The notes: generated from the letters alone by a model not told the origin. A stretch of 64,000 bases of DNA from Minisyncoccota bacterium (GCA_041661005.1 JBAZVG010000001.1:479515-543514); one strand, 5' to 3'. Numbered from the stretch's first letter, positions 1 through 10,444 are shown. Made by a program: numbers and translations.

Positions 1-202
1 GGTAAAACTCCATAAACTTCAACCACTTGAGGACCATCAATTTCTTTGTTTTGTCTAATGATTGTATTTATTGTTTCTTTATTCCAGTGACACGGTATAG
101 TAATACTACTTTTATTTGAACTGTCCATAATTTTAAGTTAGACGTAAATTAACTTTTAATAGCATAATTTATTTATTACCATATCTGGGCTTATCTTTCA
201 TA

Positions 203-874
203 TCATTTTTTCTTGGCGATAAAATGAATAAATTGTGTTTCCTCTCCTAAAATAGTTTCTGAAGTTTTTTTTATTTCAACTATTTCCAAATTAAGAAAAT
301 CACACAAAGATTTTATTCCATCTTCCGACCATACCCTACGAATATGGCCATCTATATCTTCATATAAATTTTTGCCAACTTCAATTGACCTTTTAATTTT
401 AAAATCTTCTTTTGTTTTGCCTTCAATCATCACCACTCCGTCTTTGTTTAAGTGTGAAACAAGCCATTGAAGAAATGAAATAATTTTATCGTCATCTAAA
501 TGAAGCGCAGAACGACTATAAAAAGCATCATAACATTCTTGGTTATTAAGTAATTTAGGAATTTCTTCAGCATTAGCAACAATTGGCATCATCTTATCTA
601 TAGTTCCATCTTTAACTGCGGCATCAACGAAATTCTTAATTGCTTCTGCTGAGATATCAACTCCAACTATTTTGTTTTGATTTTCTCTTGCAAAATATCT
701 TGCATCATTTCCGCTCGCGACGCCAATTTCTAAAACCGTACCTCCTGGTTTTATGTATTTCATATAATTTATTGCAAATTCATTCGGCACTCCCTCTACT
801 TCACTCGCCCTCTTTCCTTTTTTATGTAGTCCATCCCAATATTCTTGTTGGTTTTTGTTTAATTTTTCATTCAT
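203..874 (-). CDS. class I SAM-dependent methyltransferase
   Basis: Gly-rich SAM motif VLEIGVASGNDARY followed by an acidic residue downstream; 223 aa. Confidence 0.6.
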   Translation of the reverse strand: MNEKLNKNQQEYWDGLHKKGKRASEVEGVPNEFAINYMKYIKPGGTVLEIGVASGNDARYFARENQNKIVGVDISAEAIKNFVDAAVKDGTIDKMMPIVANAEEIPKLLNNQECYDAFYSRSALHLDDDKIISFLQWLVSHLNKDGVVMIEGKTKEDFKIKRSIEVGKNLYEDIDGHIRRVWSEDGIKSLCDFLNLEIVEIKKTSETILGEETQFIHFIAKKK

Positions 875-1041
875 AAATTTAAATTTTTCATAATAACTTT
901 TTTTTAATTCAACATTATTGAAATATTCCCCGTTTACTTATCCAACGATTTTTCTTTATTTCATTATATTTTGTTTCAGTTTGGCAAGCAAGTTTACAAA
1001 GGAAGGGTTGCACAGAGACGGTTTTTTATTTATAATTAGCA

Positions 1042-1593
1042 ATGATGAAAATACATCTTTCGACCCACAACCCAGGTAAAATAAAAGCCGCAAAAAGTGT
1101 TTTTGATAAATACAATATAGATATTTTGTTGGTTGAAAAAGAATATCCAGAAATACAAGCAGATTCTAGCCTTGAGGTTGCAAAGTATTCAGCAATTCAA
1201 GCTGCAAAAGATCTTGGTGTCCCTGTTGTGCGAGAAGATCACAGTTTATTCATCAATGCGCTTAGATTTCCTGGTCCATATACCAATTATTTTGAAAAAA
1301 AGATACCTCCCTCTATATTACTTGAATGGCTAAAAAATTATGATGATCGAGATGGATTTTTTGAAATTGCTGCAGTTTACGCAAAACCAGATGGATTTTT
1401 TAAAGAATTTATCTATCAGGTTCCAATCACCATAGCCTTGAAAGAGAAAGGAAAATTGCAAAAAGGCTGGGCTAGGGTGTTAATGTTAAAAAATGACAAA
1501 AGAACATTTGCTGAATATCCTGAACAAGAAAGATTATCTGTTTGGAATAAAAATTATCAGGCTATTGCCATGTATATTAAGAACGATATATGA
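1042..1593 (+). CDS. Ham1/ITPase-like non-canonical purine NTP pyrophosphatase
   Basis: HLSTHNPGKIKA resembles ATGNxGKxxE; REDHSLFINALRFPGPYTNYF resembles DDSGLxVDALxGxPGxYSAR. Confidence 0.55.
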   Translation: MMKIHLSTHNPGKIKAAKSVFDKYNIDILLVEKEYPEIQADSSLEVAKYSAIQAAKDLGVPVVREDHSLFINALRFPGPYTNYFEKKIPPSILLEWLKNYDDRDGFFEIAAVYAKPDGFFKEFIYQVPITIALKEKGKLQKGWARVLMLKNDKRTFAEYPEQERLSVWNKNYQAIAMYIKNDI

Positions 1594-2195
1594 TTTTCAT
1601 TGTAGGTGCTCATGCTACAGGTAAGACACATCTAGCAGATATAATCTGTCAATTTAATTTTACAAAAATTGACTTAGGTCCTATTCTTAGTGATATTCAT
1701 AAAAAATCAGGGAATAATGGATCTTTTGCTGAATGGATTAATGAAGGAGAAAAAAAATTTGGAAAAAACTTTACTGATGATTTACTTGTGAATGAAATTA
1801 AAAACAAAATAAATAGTTTGGATGATACTTTTAAACCGATTGACTTTATTATTATAGGAAGTCGTTCAATAACCGGTTTGAGATATATTATGGAACATAT
1901 CGGGCAATATAACAATAAGAACAACAAAGTTATTTTTTTAGAAGCGCCATTTGCTCTTATGCATGAACGCTATAAAAAAAGAGAAAGTGCTGATATTACA
2001 GTTGAACAGTTTGAAGAGATTCTTGATAGTGATAGAAGAATGGGCCTTGAAGAATTGCGTCAAGTCGCTGATTTTATAATTATTAATGACTCAACACTTG
2101 AAAAATTGTCTGACCATGCTCTAAGTCTTTTAAGAAATAAATTAAATTATAAATTATCTGAAAATATATGGAAACCAAAGTTAAATATAAAATAA
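1590..2195 (+). CDS. P-loop NTPase / small-molecule kinase-like protein
   Basis: Walker A GAHATGKT at the N-terminus; 4-nt overlap with the upstream gene suggests an operon. Confidence 0.4.
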   Translation: MIFIVGAHATGKTHLADIICQFNFTKIDLGPILSDIHKKSGNNGSFAEWINEGEKKFGKNFTDDLLVNEIKNKINSLDDTFKPIDFIIIGSRSITGLRYIMEHIGQYNNKNNKVIFLEAPFALMHERYKKRESADITVEQFEEILDSDRRMGLEELRQVADFIIINDSTLEKLSDHALSLLRNKLNYKLSENIWKPKLNIK

Positions 2196-3262
2196 ATCCT
2201 TTTTTAAAAGTTGGTACAGTGACTAACAAAATTGGTGGCATTTATCCCATTTTTAATCCTTCTATTAATTCAATCGACATTAAATTTCCAAGCAGGTTAA
2301 ATGCAATGGCGATAGATCCTAGTCTGATTCTGCCTAACAAAAAGGGTATTTATAGAGCAGGAGAGGTAGTTTTCTCAATAGGGTTATATAGAATAATTCA
2401 TGTTGAAAGGCGTCCCGGAGGGCATATTGAAATCAGTAATCGCTCAAAAAGAAGACCTTTAATTTTACATGCTGCTTTGTTAATGAAAAAAGCATTATCT
2501 TTTAGTGAAGGATTATTTATTGATGTTGATAACCAAAATGAAATAAAGCATGCAGGACTTGGTTCTAGTAGCGGGCTTATCGCTGGGGTAGCATGCGCAA
2601 TAAATGAACTCTACGGTTCCTTGATTTTACCCCAAAAGTTAGTAAGGTATTTGGCGCAAAATCATGGAGAAGAAATAGAATTTAATAATGAATATTTATG
2701 TCCCGTACAATGTCTAGGCGGCGCAGCGGCAGCGGGTTTGTTTAAGGCCGGCATGATTGTTATTGCCGGTGAAAGCATTGTTATAGCAACATCTGTAATA
2801 CCCAAAAAATATAAAGTTATCATCGGGATACCAAAGGATTATGTTCCGTTGGATTCAAAAAAGTTGTTCGAACTAGAAACTGAAAATATTGAAAAATTTA
2901 TTAATACAGGGAAAAAAATGGGTGATAAGATAGCATATAATGTCTTGCATAAGATGTTACCAGCAATGATTAATGGTGATTTATCTTCAATAGGAGATGT
3001 TATTTATGATTATCGGTTCAATATGGGGAGTATCGATAATTGTTCTTTTTCATATCCTAAAGTAATTGAATTATCAAAGAAATTATCTTTTCTAAAGAAA
3101 GACAAATTTACTCCAATTCTTTCACTTTCGTCTGTTGGACCCAGCTTTTTTACTATTTCAGAACATGTTACCTATTGCAAAAATTATTTTGAGAAATTGG
3201 GTTTATCTACTATTGTTACAAATATTGAAAATAATGGATATGAAATAATAAAAACGAGATGA
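2168..3262 (+). CDS. GHMP-family kinase
   Basis: GHMP ATP-binding motif HAGLGSSSGLIAGVACA; the true start is probably downstream of 2168 because it overlaps the previous gene. Confidence 0.5.
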   Translation: METKVKYKINPFLKVGTVTNKIGGIYPIFNPSINSIDIKFPSRLNAMAIDPSLILPNKKGIYRAGEVVFSIGLYRIIHVERRPGGHIEISNRSKRRPLILHAALLMKKALSFSEGLFIDVDNQNEIKHAGLGSSSGLIAGVACAINELYGSLILPQKLVRYLAQNHGEEIEFNNEYLCPVQCLGGAAAAGLFKAGMIVIAGESIVIATSVIPKKYKVIIGIPKDYVPLDSKKLFELETENIEKFINTGKKMGDKIAYNVLHKMLPAMINGDLSSIGDVIYDYRFNMGSIDNCSFSYPKVIELSKKLSFLKKDKFTPILSLSSVGPSFFTISEHVTYCKNYFEKLGLSTIVTNIENNGYEIIKTR

Positions 3263-3915
3263 AAAAATCTTATTGGCACCAAAAAGCAGTTGTAAATGCA
3301 TTTACGAATTATAAGCCATCGTTAGCTTTATCGCGATTTCTAAATAAATTATCAAATCCCAATTTAATAACTATTTTAGATCTTGGTTGCGGAGGTGGTA
3401 GAAATACAGAAATGATTTTTAAAAAAGGATTCAATGTCTATGCATGTGATAATTCAACTGCGATGGTTCAACAAACAAAAAGACGCATGAGTAAAATTAT
3501 TCAAAGAAAAACTATTAAGTTAAATATTGCCAAGGCGACAATGATAAAGTTGCCTTATAAAAGTAATTTTTTTGATGTTGTAGTTTCAATCGGTGTATTT
3601 CATAATGCTACTTCGGTGGATATGCTAAGTAGGACCATAGGAGAAGCCAGCAGGGTTTTGAAACATAAAGGGAAACTCTATCTAAATATTTTTTATGAAT
3701 TTAGAAATATGACAGGTGCCAAAAAATTAAATACCACCAACGTCTATTTAGCAAGTAGCGGTTTAAAAATGACATTACTGAATCGCAAGGACCTCTTGCG
3801 TATTTTTAAAAATTTTGGATTCAAGTTATGTTCAAGCGTGAGGTTGTATAAAAGAAAATTAAATGTTGGTGATCGTGGGGTATTTCGTGCGGTTTTTATA
3901 AAAAATTCCAAATAA
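3259..3915 (+). CDS. SAM-dependent methyltransferase
   Basis: ILDLGCGGGRNTE motif I; start overlaps the stop of the GHMP kinase gene. Confidence 0.6.
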   Translation: MKKSYWHQKAVVNAFTNYKPSLALSRFLNKLSNPNLITILDLGCGGGRNTEMIFKKGFNVYACDNSTAMVQQTKRRMSKIIQRKTIKLNIAKATMIKLPYKSNFFDVVVSIGVFHNATSVDMLSRTIGEASRVLKHKGKLYLNIFYEFRNMTGAKKLNTTNVYLASSGLKMTLLNRKDLLRIFKNFGFKLCSSVRLYKRKLNVGDRGVFRAVFIKNSK

Positions 3916-3959
3916 AAAATTACTAGTTAAATAAATATTAATAGCCAATAGCTAATTCT

Positions 3960-4475
3960 TTAAAATATGTTGGTGATTTTTAATTTCCTTCCTTGAAACA
4001 CAAAGATATCACCTTTGTTTTTTTGTAGACAGGCTCTGGCAATAGGTGCTTGTGGAGTGATAGAAACAATATTTAGATTATTTATGTCTAATTCTTCTCC
4101 ACCCCCAACGGGAACCAAAAAATAATTATCTTCTTCTGAGTTACCGCCAATTTCAGAAATTGCAAAAATTGCCCCTGGTGTAATTTTACTGTAAATATTA
4201 ATTGGCATTTGCTTTAACAAAGAAATTGCTTTTTCTACTTCAATTTTTTTTGAGTCTAGACCAAGTTGAATAATTGAAAGCTGAGACTTACTTGTGTCTG
4301 AATGTGATTGATTTGCGCTTGGTGCATCTCTTGCCATTTCCCGCTTATCATCACGAGAAGTAATAAGCATTTTAAGGTTTGTTTCCAATCGTTCCACAAG
4401 TTGCTGTAAAACTTGTTTTTTCAACGACATTGAAGATTCTTGATCTCCTTGTAAATTGAATGATTCTGAAGGCAT
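3960..4475 (-). CDS. GreA/GreB-family transcription elongation factor-like protein
   Basis: N-terminal coiled-coil region and a C-terminal FKBP-like segment (ITPQAPIARACLQKNKGDIF..GRKLKI); start taken at the internal Met (MPSE), because the 5' extension is hydrophobic and junk-like. Confidence 0.45.
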   Translation of the reverse strand: MPSESFNLQGDQESSMSLKKQVLQQLVERLETNLKMLITSRDDKREMARDAPSANQSHSDTSKSQLSIIQLGLDSKKIEVEKAISLLKQMPINIYSKITPGAIFAISEIGGNSEEDNYFLVPVGGGEELDINNLNIVSITPQAPIARACLQKNKGDIFVFQGRKLKITNIF

Positions 4476-4740
4476 ATAAATATAATTAAAATTATAATGT
4501 TTATATTGTACCAATAAACCCCCTAGACTCCAATAAGCAAGGATTATTATCCTTGCTATTTCTAACATTTAAAAACCAGTAAAAATTTCTTTTATTTTTT
4601 CCTGAGTATTTTTTAGTTGCTCATCAAAAAGCAAATAATCTTTTAATTGCGCAAATCACCACAGACCTAGGACTCGCAAGGACTCGCAAGGACAGTCCTT
4701 GCAAAAGTTGGAATATTTGGTTTATTGAGTGGAATGTATT

Positions 4741-5709
4741 TCATAATTTTAAGCTCTTAAATATGGGATCAAGTTCAATAGCCTTTTTAAATGATTTAAT
4801 ATCGGGATGTTTGGGAATATTAACAAACAAAAGAGCGGCTAAAGTTGCATTTCTCATGCGAATAAACAATGATAACAGTCTTTTTTCCACACTACTCCTT
4901 TTGAGATATTTTATATAGCCTTTATTATATTGCTGTAAAATCTTTCCATGGATAGACAATGGGTTAAAAAACAACCACCACCACAGCGAAAAAGCGCTGT
5001 CTAACACCAATGGTTGATATGACAGGTCATCAAAATCCAAAATACCGCGTATGTGTTTACCTGAAACAATAATATTATTACTATCATAATCTAAATGAAC
5101 AAAACCAGCTGGCAAAGATAAAATTTCTTTCTCATTATCTTTAATTTCAACTAATATATCTTTAACAATTTCTTTAAATTTTAGCTTTAGAACTTTATCA
5201 GATATTTTTTCCACAGCTTTTACTTCTTCATTCTTAAGCCAATCAGTCATTTTTTTAAAAGATAATTTTAGTTTTAGTTGTGATTTTATCTGTTTTTCAA
5301 GTTTATGCATCTTTGATTGGAATTCAGCAAATTCACAAATCAATTGGTATTCATTAGATTTTAAATGATGACCTTTTATAAACTCCATTAAAATAACCTG
5401 CCAAGAATTTTTTTTTGAATCAATAAACTTAGTTAAAATTTGATTTTTTTGGTTTTCTAAAACTAAGGGAATTGGAACTCCTGCTTGTCGAAACTTTGTC
5501 ATTGTTTGTAATTCATTCAAAATTTCTTTATCTCCATGAATTTCACGCTGATACACTCTCAATACATATTGCTTATCATTTTGATCCAAAACAAAAAATG
5601 ATGAGTTTATAATCCCATCTTTGATAGATTTTATAACCTTTGGCTTCAATCCGTACAAGGCTAAAACCTTTTTAACCTCTAATTTTAAACCTAGAAATTT
5701 TTTATCCAT
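4741..5709 (-). CDS. aminoglycoside/choline-kinase-type phosphotransferase (APH family)
   Basis: Brenner motif FVHLDYDSNNIIV and ILDFDD; 322 aa. Confidence 0.55.
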   Translation of the reverse strand: MDKKFLGLKLEVKKVLALYGLKPKVIKSIKDGIINSSFFVLDQNDKQYVLRVYQREIHGDKEILNELQTMTKFRQAGVPIPLVLENQKNQILTKFIDSKKNSWQVILMEFIKGHHLKSNEYQLICEFAEFQSKMHKLEKQIKSQLKLKLSFKKMTDWLKNEEVKAVEKISDKVLKLKFKEIVKDILVEIKDNEKEILSLPAGFVHLDYDSNNIIVSGKHIRGILDFDDLSYQPLVLDSAFSLWWWLFFNPLSIHGKILQQYNKGYIKYLKRSSVEKRLLSLFIRMRNATLAALLFVNIPKHPDIKSFKKAIELDPIFKSLKL

Positions 5710-5873
5710 ATAATATCTTTCAATCCTTTTATAATAGCAAAAAATAGTTTTTATCTCTATTCCAGCTTAATACTTGAATATGAACCACTTTTAAACTATA
5801 GTAAGCTCACAAGGACAGTCCTTGCGAAAATTTTGCGAAAATTCAGTTTTTTCACATGATATAATTCCACAAA

Positions 5874-6353
5874 ATGATTATTTTCATTAATGGCTCAATA
5901 AATTCAGGTAAAACTACGGTCAGCAAACTACTTGTCAGCCACTTTCCAAAAACTGCATTAATTGAGTTAGATGATATTCGCGATATGTTCAGCTGGATGC
6001 CACTAGAAGAAGCAATACCGATTACTATAAATCTTGGTATTAATTTAATTAAAGATTTTGTGAAAAAAAACATGTCGGTTATTGTTTCTTATCCATTATC
6101 TCAAAAGAATTACGATTACATCACGAATAAATTAAAGGACACTGAAGTTAAAAAATATTTTTTTACACTTGCGCCAAAATTAGAAAAGATTCTTACTAAC
6201 AGAGGGACAAGAAAGCTGACCAAGTGGGAAGAAGAAAGAATTAAGCATCATTATGATATCGGCATTCATAATCCGTCGTTTGGAATAGTTATAGATAACA
6301 CTGATCAAACACCGGAGGAAACAACGAAAGAAATATTGGGAAATATAAAATAA
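5874..6353 (+). CDS. P-loop kinase (shikimate/chloramphenicol-phosphotransferase-like fold)
   Basis: Walker A GSINSGKTT at residues 7-15; 159 aa. Confidence 0.45.
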   Translation: MIIFINGSINSGKTTVSKLLVSHFPKTALIELDDIRDMFSWMPLEEAIPITINLGINLIKDFVKKNMSVIVSYPLSQKNYDYITNKLKDTEVKKYFFTLAPKLEKILTNRGTRKLTKWEEERIKHHYDIGIHNPSFGIVIDNTDQTPEETTKEILGNIK

Positions 6354-6357
6354 TTTT

Positions 6358-7011
6358 ATGAAACAGGAAAATGAAAAAATTTATTGCACCCTCTATTTAG
6401 TCCGTCATGGAGAGACAGAATGGAATGTAAAAAATATAAATCAAGGTCAATCTGAATCTTATCTAACTGAAAGAGGTATAGAGCAAGCTAAAGAAACAGC
6501 TGAAAGACTCAAAGATATTAAATTCGATGCAGTTTTCTCATCAGATTTAGGTCGTTGTACAAGAACTGCAGAAATTATAAAACTTGATCGTGAGCTTATT
6601 GTCCAAACATCAAAACTTTTAAGAGAAAGGGCACATGGACGCTTTGAAGGACAACACGATGATGTAATGAAGAGCACTCTAAAAGACAAACTAAAAGAAA
6701 GGGAGAGTGTGTCAGAAAGTGAATATGATTCATTTAGACTCGCTCCTGATGTTGAAACCACCGAAGAAGTCATGACTAGATTTTTGATTGAATTAAGAGA
6801 AATAGCTATTGCTTATTCAAACCAAAAAGTTTTAGTTGTAACTCATGCAGGTTGTATTAAAAATTTTTTGATAAAATTAGGATATGTAAAAAGGGTAGAT
6901 TTGCCGGGAGGATCTTTTAAACAAGGAGGATATGTGGTAGTTGACTCCGACGGAGTAGATTTTTTTATAAAAGAAGTTTGGGGTATTAGAAAACCAGAAG
7001 GGGGTGAATAA
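6358..7011 (+). CDS. histidine phosphatase family protein (phosphoglycerate-mutase-like)
   Basis: RHGETEWN catalytic motif at the N-terminus. Confidence 0.6.
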   Translation: MKQENEKIYCTLYLVRHGETEWNVKNINQGQSESYLTERGIEQAKETAERLKDIKFDAVFSSDLGRCTRTAEIIKLDRELIVQTSKLLRERAHGRFEGQHDDVMKSTLKDKLKERESVSESEYDSFRLAPDVETTEEVMTRFLIELREIAIAYSNQKVLVVTHAGCIKNFLIKLGYVKRVDLPGGSFKQGGYVVVDSDGVDFFIKEVWGIRKPEGGE

Positions 7012-7630
7012 AAAAACGACACGTGGTTTTTTCTATTTTATTTATAAAATGTGGAAAAAATATTTTAAAAAACATGAAAAAAGAAAACCAAGAAAGCAGT
7101 TAGTACGCGCCGTATCTTTTTGCGCAAATAAACAAAATGCCCTTGACTTGGGTTCTGGCACTATGATTGAATCAAAATACCTTGCAAAGAAAAAATTTGA
7201 CGTTGTCGCCATTGACCACTCCCCCGAAACTTTGAAATATACAAAAAACCTTTCCGAAAAGATTGATTTTAAAAACATTTCTTTTCAAGAATATAATTTT
7301 CCAAAAAATACTTTTGATCTAATCAATTCTCAATTCTCGCTTCATCTTTATGGCAAAAAAGGTTTTAATAGTTTCATTAAGAAAATAAAAAACTCTTTAA
7401 AACCCAAAGGTATTTTTGTAGGTCAGTTTTTGGGAATAAAAGATAGTTGGAATATAGGACCCGTTCCATTCCCAGCATATGATTATGTTTTTCACACAAA
7501 AAAACAGGCTCTTGATCTATTATCTGACTTGAAAATTTTAGAATTTACAGAAGAAGACGAAGATGGAAAAACTGTTTTAGGTAAAGCAAAGCATTGGCAT
7601 ATATTTTATTTTATTGCTCAAAAAAGATAA
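7004..7630 (+). CDS. SAM-dependent methyltransferase
   Basis: ALDLGSGTMIES motif I and acidic DHS motif II; overlaps the previous stop. Confidence 0.5.
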   Translation: MNKKTTRGFFYFIYKMWKKYFKKHEKRKPRKQLVRAVSFCANKQNALDLGSGTMIESKYLAKKKFDVVAIDHSPETLKYTKNLSEKIDFKNISFQEYNFPKNTFDLINSQFSLHLYGKKGFNSFIKKIKNSLKPKGIFVGQFLGIKDSWNIGPVPFPAYDYVFHTKKQALDLLSDLKILEFTEEDEDGKTVLGKAKHWHIFYFIAQKR

Positions 7631-7723
7631 ACTCAAATTCTTTAAAAATTTTTTCAATCTACGAGGAAATGATTCCGTCTTTTTTATTCTTTTTGTTATA
7701 TAATGACATGTAATTAATTTGAT

Positions 7724-8206
7724 ATGACATTTAACGAAGAAGATCAAATTGAATATTCCGCAGATACAATAAATCATGAATCAGCTGGTGGTTTTGTATT
7801 TTTTGAGTCGCCAAAAGATCATCAACTTTTTGTAGCATTACTGCGAAAAGCCGAAGGGGGGTATGTTATTCCCAAGGGGCACATACATAAAGGAGAAGCA
7901 CCCAATAAGGCGGCTATTCGAGAGGTAAAAGAGGAGCTTAATCTTAACTCTGATCCGGAGATTATTTCCAAAATAGGAACCGCTAGCTACACATTTAAGT
8001 TAGAGGATAGCGACGCTATTCATAATAAAAATGTACAGCTGTTTGTTTTTCAAATGCTTAATAAAGCGGATATATACCCGCAAAAAAATGAAGGTTACGA
8101 ATTTGCGGAATGGGTACCATTTGAACAAGCATTAGATCAGATGGTTTTTGACAAAGAAAATCTTCTGAAAGCTAGAGAACATTTTAAAGTTCGCAAGGAC
8201 AATTAA
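7724..8206 (+). CDS. NUDIX hydrolase
   Basis: Nudix box GHIHKGEAPNKAAIREVKEELNL (GX5EX7REVXEEXG). Confidence 0.65.
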   Translation: MTFNEEDQIEYSADTINHESAGGFVFFESPKDHQLFVALLRKAEGGYVIPKGHIHKGEAPNKAAIREVKEELNLNSDPEIISKIGTASYTFKLEDSDAIHNKNVQLFVFQMLNKADIYPQKNEGYEFAEWVPFEQALDQMVFDKENLLKAREHFKVRKDN

Positions 8207-8208
8207 AA

Positions 8209-8625
8209 TTACAAAGAATTCACAAAATCTCGAATAATTTCCGATTTAAAAAACTTTTCTTGAAAGTGTGTCGCTGACGCAATCTGTTCATCTGTCAAAA
8301 TAACCCCATCCGGTATCACAATCAATTTATCATCGTCATCATCGGTGCGATGAATAACTGCTACGCATTTTCCCGTAAAAGTTTCGACAGGTTCATTAAC
8401 TCCAAGAACGTATGCGTCTAGTTCTTCGCCGTCATCGGAAATTGTATTCGGGATAAAACCGTAGTTGAGTTCATATTTCCAATCATACTTTGGATGTTTC
8501 GAATTTAATGGTCTGTCAATCGTTACCTGAACGATTTTTCCAATAAAATCAGACGCTCTGGATTTCTTGTTAGTCCTGGTGATATCCATATGTTTTATAA
8601 AATAAATATGCTGATATTCTACCAC
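8209..8625 (-). CDS. ppa: inorganic pyrophosphatase (short form)
   Basis: YGFIPNTISDDGEELDAYVLG and VAVIHRTDDDDDKLIVIP match the PPase active-site regions. Confidence 0.55.
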   Translation of the reverse strand: MVEYQHIYFIKHMDITRTNKKSRASDFIGKIVQVTIDRPLNSKHPKYDWKYELNYGFIPNTISDDGEELDAYVLGVNEPVETFTGKCVAVIHRTDDDDDKLIVIPDGVILTDEQIASATHFQEKFFKSEIIRDFVNSL

Positions 8626-8750
8626 AAAAAATCTATAAATCGTCGTTCAATATTGAATTGTTTTAATGAAATAGTTTTTGGCATAAAAATTCAATAGCAA
8701 TATGTAAATTATATACTCATGCTAGTAGAAAAAAGAACTAACAACGGCAC

Positions 8751-9386
8751 CTAAGGTGCTGGAGACATATTTTCCACAACAATCACTTCACCATCTTGAA
8801 GTGTTTTATAGGGCATACTTTTTTCTTTAAAATACTCAACTTCTTTTTCAACTAATTCTGATTCGGGGTGATTTGATTGATAATGAACTGCAACATTGTA
8901 TGGAATAAGTCCTAAACCATTCCAACTAAAATTTGGAATATACCCTTCTGGAACCACATTAGGATTATCAACCAATTCCGCGCCACGTAGGGTTGGTGTA
9001 GCCACACAAACTGCCGCACTAAACCCCGCATATATTATCTGATCATTTATAACAAATTCTTTTATAAGGATTTCAAAACCACTTTGTTCAAAAGCTCGCT
9101 TGAGAATAAAAGTGTTACCACCGTGTATCCAAACCATTCCAATGCCTTTTAAATACTCTCTGAGTTCATCTTTCTTGCCAAAATAATTTCGCAGGTCAAG
9201 CCCTCTAGCTTCAAAACCAAGTTCATTCAACTTCTCAATCTGCGCAAGTAAACTATTGTGTTGACGTTCTTTATCGCCAAAATCTACAGCATTCATTATA
9301 ACTGCAACCTTTTTATTACTCCCAGCTAATTCGGCCAATTTTTCAGGATGATTACCGAATTTGTATGATGAAAGATATAGTTTCAT
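8751..9386 (-). CDS. peptidase E-like (S51) / class I glutamine-amidotransferase-like protein
   Basis: HGGNTFILKRA and YAGFSAAVCVATPTL resemble PepE GGGNTFxLL and the nucleophile-region motif. Confidence 0.5.
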   Translation of the reverse strand: MKLYLSSYKFGNHPEKLAELAGSNKKVAVIMNAVDFGDKERQHNSLLAQIEKLNELGFEARGLDLRNYFGKKDELREYLKGIGMVWIHGGNTFILKRAFEQSGFEILIKEFVINDQIIYAGFSAAVCVATPTLRGAELVDNPNVVPEGYIPNFSWNGLGLIPYNVAVHYQSNHPESELVEKEVEYFKEKSMPYKTLQDGEVIVVENMSPAP

Positions 9387-9497
9387 TGAGGGTTATTATA
9401 TCACTATTTCTACTCTCCTCCCTAAAAGCAAGCAAGAATAGTCCTTGATATTTCTACATAAGATTTATTGTCACAGGTTTTCTGTGCAATAAATTAC

Positions 9498-9728
9498 CTA
9501 ACTAAAAAAATACTTCAAGCTTTCCATGTCCAATTCTGCTTGAACTGCAATCGACTTTATGGTTTTTGGTGCCAATATTTTTCCATGAAATGGAACAACG
9601 ACTCGCAAATACAATTTCATCGGATGTCGTAAATGAATATGGCTTCCTTTTATATGATGAATAATAAATCCTGCATTTTGCAAAATTTTAACAACTTGCT
9701 TTGCTGTCAGCCTTTTTAAGCGAGGCAT
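9498..9728 (-). CDS. hicA: HicA-family toxin (mRNA interferase)
   Basis: 76 aa; KQVVKILQNAGF..IKGSHIHLRHP matches the HicA/YcfA signature. Confidence 0.7.
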   Translation of the reverse strand: MPRLKRLTAKQVVKILQNAGFIIHHIKGSHIHLRHPMKLYLRVVVPFHGKILAPKTIKSIAVQAELDMESLKYFFS

Positions 9729-9733
9729 AAACT

Positions 9734-9967
9734 CTATACTGAAACGGAAAGCCTCATGCTTGCTATGTCATTTTCGACTGGCATTTTTATTTTTTCGCTT
9801 TTAAAACCTTCAAGGTAACATTGAATAGCTTCTGTTGCCATCGCGCGCGCGTCATCAAGATTTTTACCCTCAGTCACTAATCCTGGAAGCGCAGGAACAA
9901 GGACGGTGTAGCCACCATTTTCGTTTCTCTCAAAAACTGCTGTATAGTTATATATTTGTTTCCTCAT
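9734..9967 (-). CDS. hicB: HicB-family antitoxin
   Basis: 77 aa; YTAVFERNENGGYTVLVPALPGLVTEGKNLDDA is a UPF0150/HicB N-terminal domain; lies directly upstream of hicA. Confidence 0.65.
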   Translation of the reverse strand: MRKQIYNYTAVFERNENGGYTVLVPALPGLVTEGKNLDDARAMATEAIQCYLEGFKSEKIKMPVENDIASMRLSVSV

Positions 9968-10053
9968 GTTTTCATTCTAACATATAGAAAAATAGGATGC
10001 AAAAAATTTACCCCCCCCTTGCAATTTTCTAATTTATTTGGTATAATAGCTTT

Positions 10054-10395
10054 ATGAAAAATACATACATTGTGGCGTTAATAATCTCAATAACAGTGGT
10101 AGGAATTGGTGCATTCACCATGAAAACCAATGACGCTTTTGCTCAGTATTACGAAAACAGAATCCCGTTTACACCTAAAGCGCAATTTGTTAACAAAACA
10201 AAAACAGACAGAAAATTTCCTCCTTATGAAATAAACGGAAACAGTAAAATTTTCAGGTCGCCACTCATGTCCGAAAGAATTTTTGTCAATCCGGCAACAA
10301 AAAATGTAAACACTAGTAATTTCAAATTCCAATCTACAAATACAAATTACTACGCTCCAAATAGTGTATATAAAATCAAAGCTTCAACAAAATAA
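10054..10395 (+). CDS. small secreted hypothetical protein
   Basis: N-terminal signal peptide MKNTYIVALIISITVVGIGAF..AFAQ; no recognisable domain. Confidence 0.35.
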   Translation: MKNTYIVALIISITVVGIGAFTMKTNDAFAQYYENRIPFTPKAQFVNKTKTDRKFPPYEINGNSKIFRSPLMSERIFVNPATKNVNTSNFKFQSTNTNYYAPNSVYKIKASTK

Positions 10396-10410
10396 AAAGA
10401 TATTTAACAA

Positions 10411-10442
10411 AAAAAAAAGACCGGGTTAACCCGGTTTTTTTT
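10411..10442. terminator. bidirectional rho-independent terminator
   Basis: A-run, GC hairpin gaccgggttaacccggt, then T8 run. Confidence 0.6.
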
Positions 10443-10444
10443 GA

